61,674 bases of DNA from a virus, in IMG/VR virus record IMGVR_UViG_3300028549_000477; one strand, 5' to 3'. The notes below the pieces were generated by a model. The model was given only the letters and a program-made list of their open reading frames with translations. It was not told the DNA's origin and made no database searches. Positions 20,295 through 28,572 of the stretch are shown here, piece after piece. The translations under genes and the position numbers were made by a program. Position 1 is the first letter of the stretch. Each line of letters starts with the position of its first letter.

Positions 20295-20308
20295 CAAGAG
20301 GTGCTAAA

Positions 20309-20644
20309 ATGGCGTTCAACATGAACTTCGATGTCATCACGAAAACCCCGACCGCAGGAAAGGCGGTTGGGATGTTCGTCGGCTTTTACGCCGAACCTAC
20401 CAACCCATCTTCGATGATCGAAGGAGCAGGCAAGGTTGTAGTGCAAACGGTCGTCAAGAACCCGACAACCGGGGAGTATAACGAACCGTCCGACGAAAAT
20501 GAGCATATTATTGAATTGGATATGCTTCCCGCTGTAGGTCGAACCTACTGCGGAGGTACCATCACAGGAGCACAGGTCCTTCAGGCAATTAGTGAAATGT
20601 GCGAGCTTGGTTGGGATGGAACTCTACCACGGAAGGGCGCATGA
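20309..20644 (+). CDS. Hypothetical protein (possible fibre accessory protein, by position)
   Basis: ATG follows AAGAGGTG. 111 aa, with no transmembrane segment and no recognised motif. Confidence 0.5.
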   Translation: MAFNMNFDVITKTPTAGKAVGMFVGFYAEPTNPSSMIEGAGKVVVQTVVKNPTTGEYNEPSDENEHIIELDMLPAVGRTYCGGTITGAQVLQAISEMCELGWDGTLPRKGA

Positions 20645-21099
20645 TGGCTGCTGAGTTCAAGTGGGGCTCGAAGAGCGTGCTGGCTTTGAAGAATGTGCAT
20701 CCGAAGCTGCGGGAAGTCGCAGACGAGGCTCTGCGCATCTCCAAGGTGGACTTCCGTATCACTGAGGGACACAGGGGCAAAGACCTGCAAGACCTCTACT
20801 TCATCCAGAAAAAATCCAAGCTGCGGTTCCCGAAGGGTCGGCACAACATGACCACCGATCCAGCATTCGTCGGCAACCGCTTGGCGGTCAGTGATGCACT
20901 GGACTTTTGGCCGCTCGTGCCGGGCCACGAGAAGGCTCCGTTGAAGGACCATTGGAAAGCAGTCGCAGACGCATTCTTCGAAGCCGGACTGCGGCTGGGC
21001 GTGCGCCTGCGTTGGGGCGGAGACTTCCGCATGGACGGCGACAAAACCTTGGATGACTCCTGGGACTCCCCTCACATCGAACTTCTCTGGAAAAAGTAA
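20641..21099 (+). CDS. Peptidase M15-type endolysin (VanY / L-Ala-D-Glu endopeptidase-like)
   Basis: ATGA overlap with the upstream gene. ITEGHRG, GRHNMT ... SDALDF and WGGDF ... DSPHIEL fit the M15 zinc-peptidase pattern. Confidence 0.75.
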   Translation: MMAAEFKWGSKSVLALKNVHPKLREVADEALRISKVDFRITEGHRGKDLQDLYFIQKKSKLRFPKGRHNMTTDPAFVGNRLAVSDALDFWPLVPGHEKAPLKDHWKAVADAFFEAGLRLGVRLRWGGDFRMDGDKTLDDSWDSPHIELLWKK

Positions 21100-22055
21100 T
21101 GAGCTCTGCAACCGCTGAAGCCCTTTCTTCCGCCTCGTCAGTCTCTACGAATGTGGAGCTGATGACGGCTTTATTCTCTGGGGTAGATCCTTGGAGCGCA
21201 TTAGCCATTTGGGCGGTCAAGAACGGGCCTACAGCGGTGGGGGCGGTGATTATCCTCTTCCTAATCAATAAGAGCTACATCAAGCCCGCACGGGCTTGGG
21301 CGGCCAAGACTGCGGAGAGGGTGGATGTAGTTCTGACGGACATTGAGAAGTTCATAAGGGAGCAGCGCGAGTTCGTCGGGGAGCAGAAGTTGAACACCGC
21401 TTTTTTCGTAGAGGCTCATCATCGCTACGGCCCAGCGATAGAGGAGATCAAGAAGGGCATCGACGAGATGGACCGGCAGCTTGATGCGATCCTAGAGGTA
21501 GAGCGGCATGGCGCCAAGGAGCATTCCGAGTTGGCCACTGCCGTTGCCCAGATGAAGAACCTAGACCCGCACGGCAACATCACCGACTCGCAGCTACGGA
21601 ACCTGTTGATGGTCTACACCGGCAAGGTGATGGCCGAAACTTATGTCTGGTGGGTTGAACGGGTGGGGGCCAACGGCGTGCTATCCAACTCGGATGGGGT
21701 CAAAGAAGCCTACTCCAACCGACGCAGCAAGGTGATTGGGAAGTACATCTCGCAGATGGGGATGTGGCGCCATCGCGGCGTGAGCATGGACAACTGGGCG
21801 ACCCCCGGAATATCCGACCTGTTCGAAGACCTCTTCAGAGGGTTGTACCAGCGTCAGCTCGCACTAACATCTGGTAATGGCGGGAATGTAATCGACACCT
21901 ACTCGTGGATGCAACACCGGGTCTCCATCATTCAAGGGGCCGCGGATGCGTGGATAGCGGGCCTCACGAAGCTGGATGAGTACCTAGCGAACAGCCCCTT
22001 GGTAGAAGGGTCTAGTGACATCGAGTGGTTGAGTCAACCCAAGGACGGCGTATGA
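21099..22055 (+). CDS. Membrane-anchored protein, possibly lysis-associated
   Basis: The start overlaps the endolysin stop (TAATG). There is one N-terminal hydrophobic helix (WSALAIWAVKNGPTAVGAVIILFLI). 318 aa. Confidence 0.5.
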   Translation: MSSATAEALSSASSVSTNVELMTALFSGVDPWSALAIWAVKNGPTAVGAVIILFLINKSYIKPARAWAAKTAERVDVVLTDIEKFIREQREFVGEQKLNTAFFVEAHHRYGPAIEEIKKGIDEMDRQLDAILEVERHGAKEHSELATAVAQMKNLDPHGNITDSQLRNLLMVYTGKVMAETYVWWVERVGANGVLSNSDGVKEAYSNRRSKVIGKYISQMGMWRHRGVSMDNWATPGISDLFEDLFRGLYQRQLALTSGNGGNVIDTYSWMQHRVSIIQGAADAWIAGLTKLDEYLANSPLVEGSSDIEWLSQPKDGV

Positions 22056-22097
22056 GGCTCTAGGAGCCCCGCCAAGGCCAAACGATAGGAGGAAGTC

Positions 22098-22589
22098 ATG
22101 CAGGGCAAGGTACAGATAATAAGTGTCCCCAAAGTGCTCCCGTACAAGCAGGTGAGGACTGAGAAGATACCACGGTTCATGCTCTTCCCGTGGATATGGG
22201 AGGTCAAGACCAAGATATTTGAGATGGTGCTTCCTGCCGTGTATCAATGGCGCCGGCCGAACGGGCAGATGGTGACGATGGTGCTTGAGTCTGGGTTCCA
22301 GTGGGACGGCGCGAGCATCCCACCTTCGGCGTGGAAAATCATCGGAAAGCCTTGGGACAAGAAGTTCCTCAAGGCATCTGCACCACACGACGGAGGGTAT
22401 GACACCCAGATACTCCCCAAGGATGAGTTAGACGAAGTGTTCGGAGAAATTCTCATTCTCGAACACAATGACAAGATGAAGTCACAGGTGATGGAACTTG
22501 CCGTAGAGCTGGCAGGCGGCCCGGCGTGGAAATCGCAAGAGACTAAGGAGCTAAATTCAGCAAGCAAGGTGCGTGTTCGGATCACTTGA
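22098..22589 (+). CDS. DUF1353-like protein
   Basis: RBS AGGAGG. FQWDGASIPP and SAPHDGGY match the DGASIP ... HD signature I associate with DUF1353. Confidence 0.6.
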   Translation: MQGKVQIISVPKVLPYKQVRTEKIPRFMLFPWIWEVKTKIFEMVLPAVYQWRRPNGQMVTMVLESGFQWDGASIPPSAWKIIGKPWDKKFLKASAPHDGGYDTQILPKDELDEVFGEILILEHNDKMKSQVMELAVELAGGPAWKSQETKELNSASKVRVRIT

Positions 22590-22612
22590 CCAAACCCCTC
22601 CCCCTCACTTTC

Positions 22613-22646
22613 GGCACTTCACCTAGTTTGAAGTGCCGTTTTTATT
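22613..22646 (+). terminator. Rho-independent terminator ending the late/structural block
   Basis: Stem GGCACTTCA / TGAAGTGCC (9 bp), loop CCTAGTT, followed by GTTTTTATT. Confidence 0.8.
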
Positions 22647-22695
22647 GAAATTTGCCTTTTGCAGACTTTTATATATGTCCCTTTATATATGTTTT

Positions 22696-22727
22696 GTTAT
22701 AATCAATTTTGATTTTGATAATAAATA
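22696..22727 (+). repeat. AT-rich 32-nt element, copy A (30/32 identical to 49047-49078)
   Basis: GTTATAATCAATTTTGATTTTGATAATAAATA. It contains the extended -10 TGTTATAAT (22695-22703) and a TTATAATCAA-NN-TTGAT half-palindrome. Confidence 0.85.
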
Positions 22728-22802
22728 AATAGTCTTTATATATTTATTATGAAAAAGGGAAATTTTGCAAAATTCAAGGGTTCGCGTAAAAATTTATTTT
22801 GA

Positions 22803-22831
22803 TTGACTTTTCGGGCCGATTGTGCTATATT
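22803..22831 (+). promoter_or_regulatory. Sigma70-type promoter P1
   Basis: TTGACT, 17-nt spacer, TATATT. An AT-rich region lies upstream. Confidence 0.7.
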
Positions 22832-22883
22832 TAGTTCAAGGCCCCCACCTCGGGAGCGATTGCGACTAACAAGGATTTTGCGG

Positions 22884-24317
22884 ATGCCTCTTTACCTCAG
22901 AAAAACCTCTGAAGAAAAGACCGACCGGAGCAAGGAGCTTCGCCCGCTGATGCCACATCAAGAGAAGGCCGTCGCCTACTTGAACGAGAGAATGAACTTG
23001 CGCAAGGGCGGCAACCTGTTCATGGAGATGCGTTTAGGGAAAACCCTCTCATTTATTCGGTTTGCTAGGCAGAGAATGTTCAAGTTGAAAATCCTGGTCA
23101 TCTGCCCGCTGACGGTTTGCAAAACTTGGGAGAAGGAACTGGCCGCTGACGGCATTCTCTCCTCTCGCGTGGTAGGGGGCCTAGGCACCAAGAACATCAA
23201 GAAGGTCGTGGCCGACAAGGACGGGGTGCCGGTATCGTGGTGGACCATCACCAACTTTGAGTCGGTGACACCTTCCGACTTGCTGAGCTACAAGTTCGAT
23301 GTGATCGTGGTAGACGAGTCTGTTCGCATCTCCAATCCGAATGCGAAGACCACGAAGTACCTGTCTGACCGCCGGATCAACGAGACCCCATTCCGGTACT
23401 GCCTCTCGGGCAACCCTGCCCCCGAGGACACCCTGCAATATATTCCGCAGATCTTGTTCACTCAGGGTTCATTCGCAGGCAAGGATAATTTCTGGAGAGT
23501 GCGGAGCTCACTGTTTGAGCTGAATGGGTTCTCTTGGGTTCCGATGATCGGCACTGAGTTCGTGATGCATTCGGAGGTTCACTCCAAGTCGTTCATCCTT
23601 ACCCGCGACCAAGCAGGCATCGGCTCCAAGAAAATACATGAGAAGCGGTTCGTGAAGATGACGAAGGCTCAAGCGAAGGAGTATTACTCCATGCTGATGA
23701 ACTTCGAAGTTGAGAACTTGCAGACCGAGTATATCACGACTCAGATACTCTACCTAAATCGCATTGCCGGCGGGATGCTTCCTACCAAGGAAGAGGTTGA
23801 TCCCGACAATGAAACCTGGCTCAACTTAGCCAAGTTCGAGGAAGTGATAGAGCTTCTGAATGGTGAATTGCGCGGTGAGCAATGCTTGGTCTGGTGTCGG
23901 TTCCGTGCCGAAGCTCGGATGATGGAAAAGATGTTGCGCGAGAAGTGCAAGGACTTGAAGGGTTGTCGCATCGACGGCTCCGTGAAGAGCGCCGACAGAG
24001 AGCGGTTGCGCTTAGAGTTCTTGGACAAGCGGATTGATGTGTCCGTGATGACAATCTCCACTTCCAAGGTTGGAACGGACTGGTCTTCGGCAGACACCGA
24101 AATCTACATCTCCAACGAATACTCGGCCGATGCCCGCACTCAGTCGGAAGACCGTATCGTGCATCCGAAGAAGACGAAGCCCCTGTTGGTGATCGACATC
24201 ATCACCGAGAACTCGGTTGACGAGGAAGTCATCGACTCCCTCAGAGATAAACGGACTACTAGCAAGATGTTCCTTGGAAAGCTGCTGGATGCAGTAAAGA
24301 AGTTCCGTTATGCCTAA
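22884..24317 (+). CDS. SNF2/Rad54-like superfamily 2 helicase/ATPase
   Basis: First ATG downstream of P1. Motifs are MEMRLGKT, VVDESVRI, STSKVGTDW and QSEDRIVH. Confidence 0.8.
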   Translation: MPLYLRKTSEEKTDRSKELRPLMPHQEKAVAYLNERMNLRKGGNLFMEMRLGKTLSFIRFARQRMFKLKILVICPLTVCKTWEKELAADGILSSRVVGGLGTKNIKKVVADKDGVPVSWWTITNFESVTPSDLLSYKFDVIVVDESVRISNPNAKTTKYLSDRRINETPFRYCLSGNPAPEDTLQYIPQILFTQGSFAGKDNFWRVRSSLFELNGFSWVPMIGTEFVMHSEVHSKSFILTRDQAGIGSKKIHEKRFVKMTKAQAKEYYSMLMNFEVENLQTEYITTQILYLNRIAGGMLPTKEEVDPDNETWLNLAKFEEVIELLNGELRGEQCLVWCRFRAEARMMEKMLREKCKDLKGCRIDGSVKSADRERLRLEFLDKRIDVSVMTISTSKVGTDWSSADTEIYISNEYSADARTQSEDRIVHPKKTKPLLVIDIITENSVDEEVIDSLRDKRTTSKMFLGKLLDAVKKFRYA

Positions 24318-25020
24318 GTTCAATGCCAAAAGTGGAGAGCTGGCGCACCGCCTAAGTGGCCCATTCATCGGGACACGAGACCCTCAGACTCTCAGCACCA
24401 TGTACCATGTTCCTCAAACATGGCTGACTAGCGGAGTCCCTTTGTTGGTGAAACTGGTGAAGTACGCTGGATGGATATTGGACAAGGACAATGAGTATAT
24501 AGAATGCGTCATGTACAGCACAGTCCCAGGCATTCGTTTCGACATAGACGGAAGCAGGGACACCTTCGAGCTCTCTGTCGTGAAGTCCAACAATGCAGGT
24601 TTGAAGATTGCAATTGATCTCATCGTAGAGAAAGTCGAGAACGAAAACAGGGTTGATGAATATCTGGAGCTTGGAGACAGATTGCCTATCAACTCATTGT
24701 TCGGTACAGAGTTGGTGCTGATGTCCGCTATACGCCCGTGCTCTCTTATAGATGAACTTGCATTGGCGCTGAGTGTGAGGATGGTAGAGAACAACGCCCC
24801 TGCTCCTACCCTCATCGCCAATGTGGTCAGGAGTTGCGCACTGGAGATGTTGAACCGCCCAGATGACTACGGCGGAAAAGAAGAATGGGGGGGCCTAGCC
24901 CAGTATGCGAAGATTGTCGGATTGCAGTCGTCGGTCGAAGTGAAAAAGCGAGTGAGCTTTGAGCATTTGTCAGTAACAGAGCTGCTAAAGCTGATGAAGG
25001 AGAACAAACATGGCCACTAG
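24310..25020 (+). CDS. Hypothetical protein
   Basis: 236-aa ORF that overlaps the stop of the upstream gene. No motif was recognised. Confidence 0.6.
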   Translation: MPKFNAKSGELAHRLSGPFIGTRDPQTLSTMYHVPQTWLTSGVPLLVKLVKYAGWILDKDNEYIECVMYSTVPGIRFDIDGSRDTFELSVVKSNNAGLKIAIDLIVEKVENENRVDEYLELGDRLPINSLFGTELVLMSAIRPCSLIDELALALSVRMVENNAPAPTLIANVVRSCALEMLNRPDDYGGKEEWGGLAQYAKIVGLQSSVEVKKRVSFEHLSVTELLKLMKENKHGH

Positions 25021-25261
25021 GATCAATGTCGATGGGACAGTCGAAGAACTTGTCATCGACAAGAAGGATCGACTTGCATCGCTACAAGCCGCAGTGGGCG
25101 GCCTCATCGAAGAGGTGTGCGGCTACAAAGGCCGTATCGTCTTGGTTGATGAGGAAGGGTGCTTGAAGGACTACGACATCAACCGTGTAGCATCCGTGAT
25201 GCTAGGTAGACTGCTTGTAGGCCCAGTCCTGCTGGTCTCGTCTCCGGAGGAATACCGATGA
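25010..25261 (+). CDS. Small protein, DUF3846-like
   Basis: GRIVLVDEEGCLKDYDINRVASVMLGRLLVGPVLL resembles the DUF3846 pattern. This rests on weak recollection. Confidence 0.5.
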   Translation: MATRINVDGTVEELVIDKKDRLASLQAAVGGLIEEVCGYKGRIVLVDEEGCLKDYDINRVASVMLGRLLVGPVLLVSSPEEYR

Positions 25262-25431
25262 AGCGGCTCGAAGTTTCATTCGACACCTGTTGCGAATACT
25301 CGGTTCGTACCATCAACTATCACGGGAGCACGAGCCCTGTTGATGAGACCGCGTTGAAGCGGGCTATTTACCATCAGACAGGATTGGTCCCAAAAATCAT
25401 TTACTCAGTGAAGGAGTTGCCAAATGAATGA
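25258..25431 (+). CDS. Small hypothetical protein (57 aa)
   Basis: Hand-translated; it is below the length cutoff of the ORF track. ATGA overlaps at both ends indicate translational coupling. Confidence 0.4.
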   Translation: MKRLEVSFDTCCEYSVRTINYHGSTSPVDETALKRAIYHQTGLVPKIIYSVKELPNE

Positions 25432-25924
25432 GCACTACATGACGATTGATCCTGGCCTTGGTGGAACAGGCGTGGCCATCTGGGACGCAGAAGCATTCAA
25501 CAAGCGCGATGCGCTGCCGGTGTGGCACAAGGCGTTTAGGAAGAACGGTCTGGACAAGTACCTTCAAGAGTTCACCGAACTCATCGAGTGGTACGGGATC
25601 ACGAAGGTGTGGATCGAGAATGCGCACTACCACGGGACAGGCTCCGCCAAGGGGCAGATGGTCGCGCAGACCGGCGGACTAGTGAAGTTGGCCAAGTTCA
25701 TCGGAGCCCTGCAAGGGTTGTGCTACTCTCTGAAGGTGCAGATCAAGACGGTCGATGTTCCGGAATGGAAAGGGCAGTTGCCCAAGGATGTCGTCAATAT
25801 GCGCATCCTGCGTGTGTGGCCTGAATGCGATTGCACCACGCACGACTGGGATGCCGTAGGAATTGGCCTTTACTTGCAGGGTCGTATCAACCAACAGAAC
25901 CGGGAGATGAGCCATGAAAACTGA
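25424..25924 (+). CDS. RuvC-like Holliday junction resolvase
   Basis: MTIDPGLGGTGVAIWD and KVWIENAHY fit the RuvC/RNase H-fold acidic motifs. 166 aa. Confidence 0.75.
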   Translation: MNEHYMTIDPGLGGTGVAIWDAEAFNKRDALPVWHKAFRKNGLDKYLQEFTELIEWYGITKVWIENAHYHGTGSAKGQMVAQTGGLVKLAKFIGALQGLCYSLKVQIKTVDVPEWKGQLPKDVVNMRILRVWPECDCTTHDWDAVGIGLYLQGRINQQNREMSHEN

Positions 25925-26135
25925 AAACCGCACACAGGACATCATCGCGACTATCTGCATGGTCGCCCTACTCACCACCGATGTAGAGGGGTGGCGCCTA
26001 AACGCCCTTATCGGGTTGACCGTGGCCAACGGGCTTCTGTCCGCCTTGGACTTTCTAATTCAGAGAAAGAAGGAGCAGATCGACCCCATTCGTGAGAAGA
26101 TGGGGTGTGTCAAGGCTCCTTGGTGGTGCCGTTAG
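25914..26135 (+). CDS. Small hydrophobic protein
   Basis: 73 aa with RBS GGGAG. It has two hydrophobic stretches (IIATICMVALLT and LIGLTVANGLLSAL). Confidence 0.45.
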   Translation: MKTENRTQDIIATICMVALLTTDVEGWRLNALIGLTVANGLLSALDFLIQRKKEQIDPIREKMGCVKAPWWCR

Positions 26136-26153
26136 TATCAAAATTCTTTTTTA

Positions 26154-26182
26154 TTGACACTGAGGAAAAAGAATTATATTCT
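26154..26182 (+). promoter_or_regulatory. Candidate promoter P2
   Basis: TTGACA at 26154, then either TATATT at 26175 (15-nt spacer) or TATTCT at 26177 (17-nt spacer). T-rich upstream. Confidence 0.5.
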
Positions 26183-26209
26183 TACCTCACAGACCAAGCG
26201 AGGCCCCAA

Positions 26210-26731
26210 GTGAAACAAGTTCTAATTCTGCGAGAAGTGTTTACGGCGACTCAAACCATCGGGCGGCTTTTCGTCAATGGCGAGTTCGTCTGCTACACCT
26301 TAGAGGGCCAAGCGCGGCCCGATGGCGTTCGTATTGCCGAGAGCCCGATCTGCATTCCGGAAGGGGCCTACACGGCTTCTGCCAGTTACAGCACGATGCT
26401 TTCGCGCAAGCGGTCCGAGCGAACCACCATCATCAAGGTGCAGGATGTGCCTGGGTTCTCGCTGATCCGCATTTTTGGCGGAGCACCCGATCCGGAGCTC
26501 ACGAACTCCATTCGGGTCGGCAAGGGGTTCTACGCTGAGAAGGATGTAGTGTCTTTCTCATCCTCTTCTGAGGATGAACTGCTGAACATTCTCGGGAAAG
26601 AAACCAAGGAAAGCCACATCCTTTCCATCGTGAATACCAAGGAGCGGAAGCTGCTGCGCCCGCTCACTGAACTCGACGCATCTACCGGCTACCAGATGCT
26701 CGTGGAGCTTGGCTCCATCCAGAAGAAGTAG
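26210..26731 (+). CDS. DUF5675-like protein
   Basis: GTG start follows GCGAGG. GRLFVNGEFVCYTLEG, ICIPEGAYTAS and VQDVPGFSLIRIFGG resemble DUF5675. Confidence 0.55.
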   Translation: MKQVLILREVFTATQTIGRLFVNGEFVCYTLEGQARPDGVRIAESPICIPEGAYTASASYSTMLSRKRSERTTIIKVQDVPGFSLIRIFGGAPDPELTNSIRVGKGFYAEKDVVSFSSSSEDELLNILGKETKESHILSIVNTKERKLLRPLTELDASTGYQMLVELGSIQKK

Positions 26732-26756
26732 CTGACCACATCAAGAAGGACCACAC

Positions 26757-26996
26757 ATGAAAGCGACTAAACTTGTGAAGCCACCGGCTTTTGAGATGCC
26801 CGAGGACAAGTCCAAGGGAGCCAAGGTCAAGTTGGCCAAGGCCCCTGTGAAAGCCCCTGCAAAGGCCCCCGCCAAGGCCGTGAAGGGTCCCAAGACCTCC
26901 GAGATGAGCGACAAGGAAGCTATCACCCTTGCCCAAAAGCTCCGCAAGGATGCCTTGGCCAAGGCGGCGAAGCTCCGCAAGAGTGAGAAGGCGTAA
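26757..26996 (+). CDS. Lys/Ala/Pro-rich histone H1-like DNA-binding protein
   Basis: 79 aa. KVKLAKAPVKAPAKAPAKAVKGPK is a repeat of the kind seen in bacterial H1-like proteins (AlgP and Hc1 type). Confidence 0.6.
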   Translation: MKATKLVKPPAFEMPEDKSKGAKVKLAKAPVKAPAKAPAKAVKGPKTSEMSDKEAITLAQKLRKDALAKAAKLRKSEKA

Positions 26997-27000
26997 TCCG

Positions 27001-27177
27001 ATGGCCCGCGCCCACACCGTAGGCAAAAACATCTGGGTTGGGCCTTTTCGGTTGGTGAAGGTCTTGCGCGGCTGGAATGCGCAAGACCTTCGCTCCGGCC
27101 GATGGTTGCCTGAAAGTTGGAAAGAACTCTCCGACGCAAGAGCGGTTTTGTCGGGCCGCATAACGACGATGGCCTAG
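27001..27177 (+). CDS. Doubtful small basic ORF (58 aa)
   Basis: The ATG lies in a 200-nt gap and the RBS is weak. The ORF contains a 12-bp-stem hairpin, so it may be non-coding. Confidence 0.25.
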   Translation: MARAHTVGKNIWVGPFRLVKVLRGWNAQDLRSGRWLPESWKELSDARAVLSGRITTMA

Positions 27178-27194
27178 GGCCGAGGAAAAACATC

Positions 27195-28217
27195 ATGGAA
27201 ATTCAAAAGTACGATGTCTTCAAGCACGGTTTCACCCAGTCAATGCTGGTGGCCATGCGTACCTGTCCTGTCAAGTTCCGGATGATGACCAAGGGGTTAC
27301 GCATCTCGGGCGGTGACGGGTTCGCACTCATCTTTGGGAATGTGTACCACGGCTACCAAGAAGTAGTTCTGGGCTCTCTGAAAGGGAAGGGAAAGGGCGT
27401 CCCTGCCTCCCCGGAAGACATTCAGATGGCCAAGATGGAGAAGGCCGTTGAAGGTCTTCTTCAGGAAGACATGGATGGAGCATCTCCTGACGAGCAGCAG
27501 CACTTCGAGTCTGCGTTCGCTCAGAACAAGGTCCTCATCCCTCGCTACTTCAAGCACTGGCAGCATCTCTACTTCGGAAAGAATGCTGCCTACGAGGTGG
27601 TGTCTCTTGAGGAGGAGTTCTGCGTTGAGCTGGGCTTTGGTATTCCATTCCGCGGCAAGTTCGACGGCATTCTTCGGCACAAGAAGACCAAGAAGCTCTG
27701 GCTCTTGGAACACAAGACCAAGAGCACCATCAATCCCGAAGAGATTATGATGATGGTGCCGCAGGATGTGCAGACCATTCTCTACTCGATGGCAGTCAAT
27801 GCGATCTACGGAGAGTTCCCTGCCGGCATCCTCTACAATGTGACCCGCCGCCCCGCCCTGCGTCGCTCGGCCAAGGAAAGTCTCACCGAGTTCGTTGGCC
27901 GCATCGAAGCTGACATCGATGCTCGGCCCGATCACTACTTTATGATGTTCGAGATCATCAACTCTCCCGAGGATGTTCTCAAGCAGTTTGAGTGGCTCTC
28001 GCCCGATGTGAAGCGCCTACGGGCTATCGCGACCCAGGATGGGGCCAAGGACGCCCCCTACTCACACTCGTGCATCAACCCAAGCTATTCATGCCAGTAC
28101 CTTCGTTACTGCGCATCTGGTAGGACCGATACGGACTACCTAACTCAGACCGTCCTGTTCCCCGAACTGAAACAGGCGAACCAACCCCAAGATGAAAGAG
28201 AGGCCAAAAATGGCTAA
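27195..28217 (+). CDS. PD-(D/E)XK (RecB/Cas4-like) exonuclease
   Basis: GKFDGIL ... LWLLEHKTKS forms the nuclease core. The C-terminal Cys cluster is CINPSYSCQYLRYC. RBS GAGGAA. Confidence 0.75.
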   Translation: MEIQKYDVFKHGFTQSMLVAMRTCPVKFRMMTKGLRISGGDGFALIFGNVYHGYQEVVLGSLKGKGKGVPASPEDIQMAKMEKAVEGLLQEDMDGASPDEQQHFESAFAQNKVLIPRYFKHWQHLYFGKNAAYEVVSLEEEFCVELGFGIPFRGKFDGILRHKKTKKLWLLEHKTKSTINPEEIMMMVPQDVQTILYSMAVNAIYGEFPAGILYNVTRRPALRRSAKESLTEFVGRIEADIDARPDHYFMMFEIINSPEDVLKQFEWLSPDVKRLRAIATQDGAKDAPYSHSCINPSYSCQYLRYCASGRTDTDYLTQTVLFPELKQANQPQDEREAKNG

Positions 28218-28428
28218 GATTTCCGAAACCAAGTGGAAGAGCGAACTGATGAACACCGAAGACGGCCGCGTGGCAGTTGTCATCACCGGCAAGGTGACTG
28301 GCATCGTGAACGAAGTCGTGATGCAGTGCAAGCCTGCTAAGAAGGCCGAAAAGGCCATCGAAGCCGCTTCCCAGTTCGCCTTGGAGAATGGTATCTCCGT
28401 CAAGATGCCCAAGCTCCCCAAGGCTTAG
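28210..28428 (+). CDS. Small hypothetical protein
   Basis: ATG 28210 overlaps the end of the upstream gene. 72 aa. Confidence 0.5.
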   Translation: MAKISETKWKSELMNTEDGRVAVVITGKVTGIVNEVVMQCKPAKKAEKAIEAASQFALENGISVKMPKLPKA

Positions 28429-28439
28429 TTTCTAGGCCG

Positions 28440-28472
28440 AAATTTCCCCCTAGCAATAGGGGGAAATTTTTT
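28440..28472 (+). terminator. Rho-independent terminator
   Basis: Stem AATTTCCCCCTA / TAGGGGGAAATT (12 bp), loop GCAA, followed by a T run. Confidence 0.85.
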
Positions 28473-28484
28473 ACAAAAAAAGTG

Positions 28485-28513
28485 TTGTTGTCAAAAATTT
28501 ATTTGCTTATATT
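28485..28513 (+). promoter_or_regulatory. Promoter P3
   Basis: TTGTTG, 17-nt spacer, TATATT. Confidence 0.6.
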
Positions 28514-28572
28514 GTAAGAGAGCAAGGGGCAACCCGCCCCGATTGAGTCCACCAAAGAAGAAAGGTGTTACT

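Noticed and set aside
22803-22883. The 5' extension of the SNF2 helicase ORF (start at 22803 in the ORF track). The same question arose for the upstream extensions of ORFs 27117, 32509, 38893, 51101, 57438 and 59720.
   Set aside because: The extensions overlap promoters, terminators or upstream genes and lack an RBS. In each case an internal ATG with a Shine-Dalgarno sequence or an ATGA overlap gives a better start.
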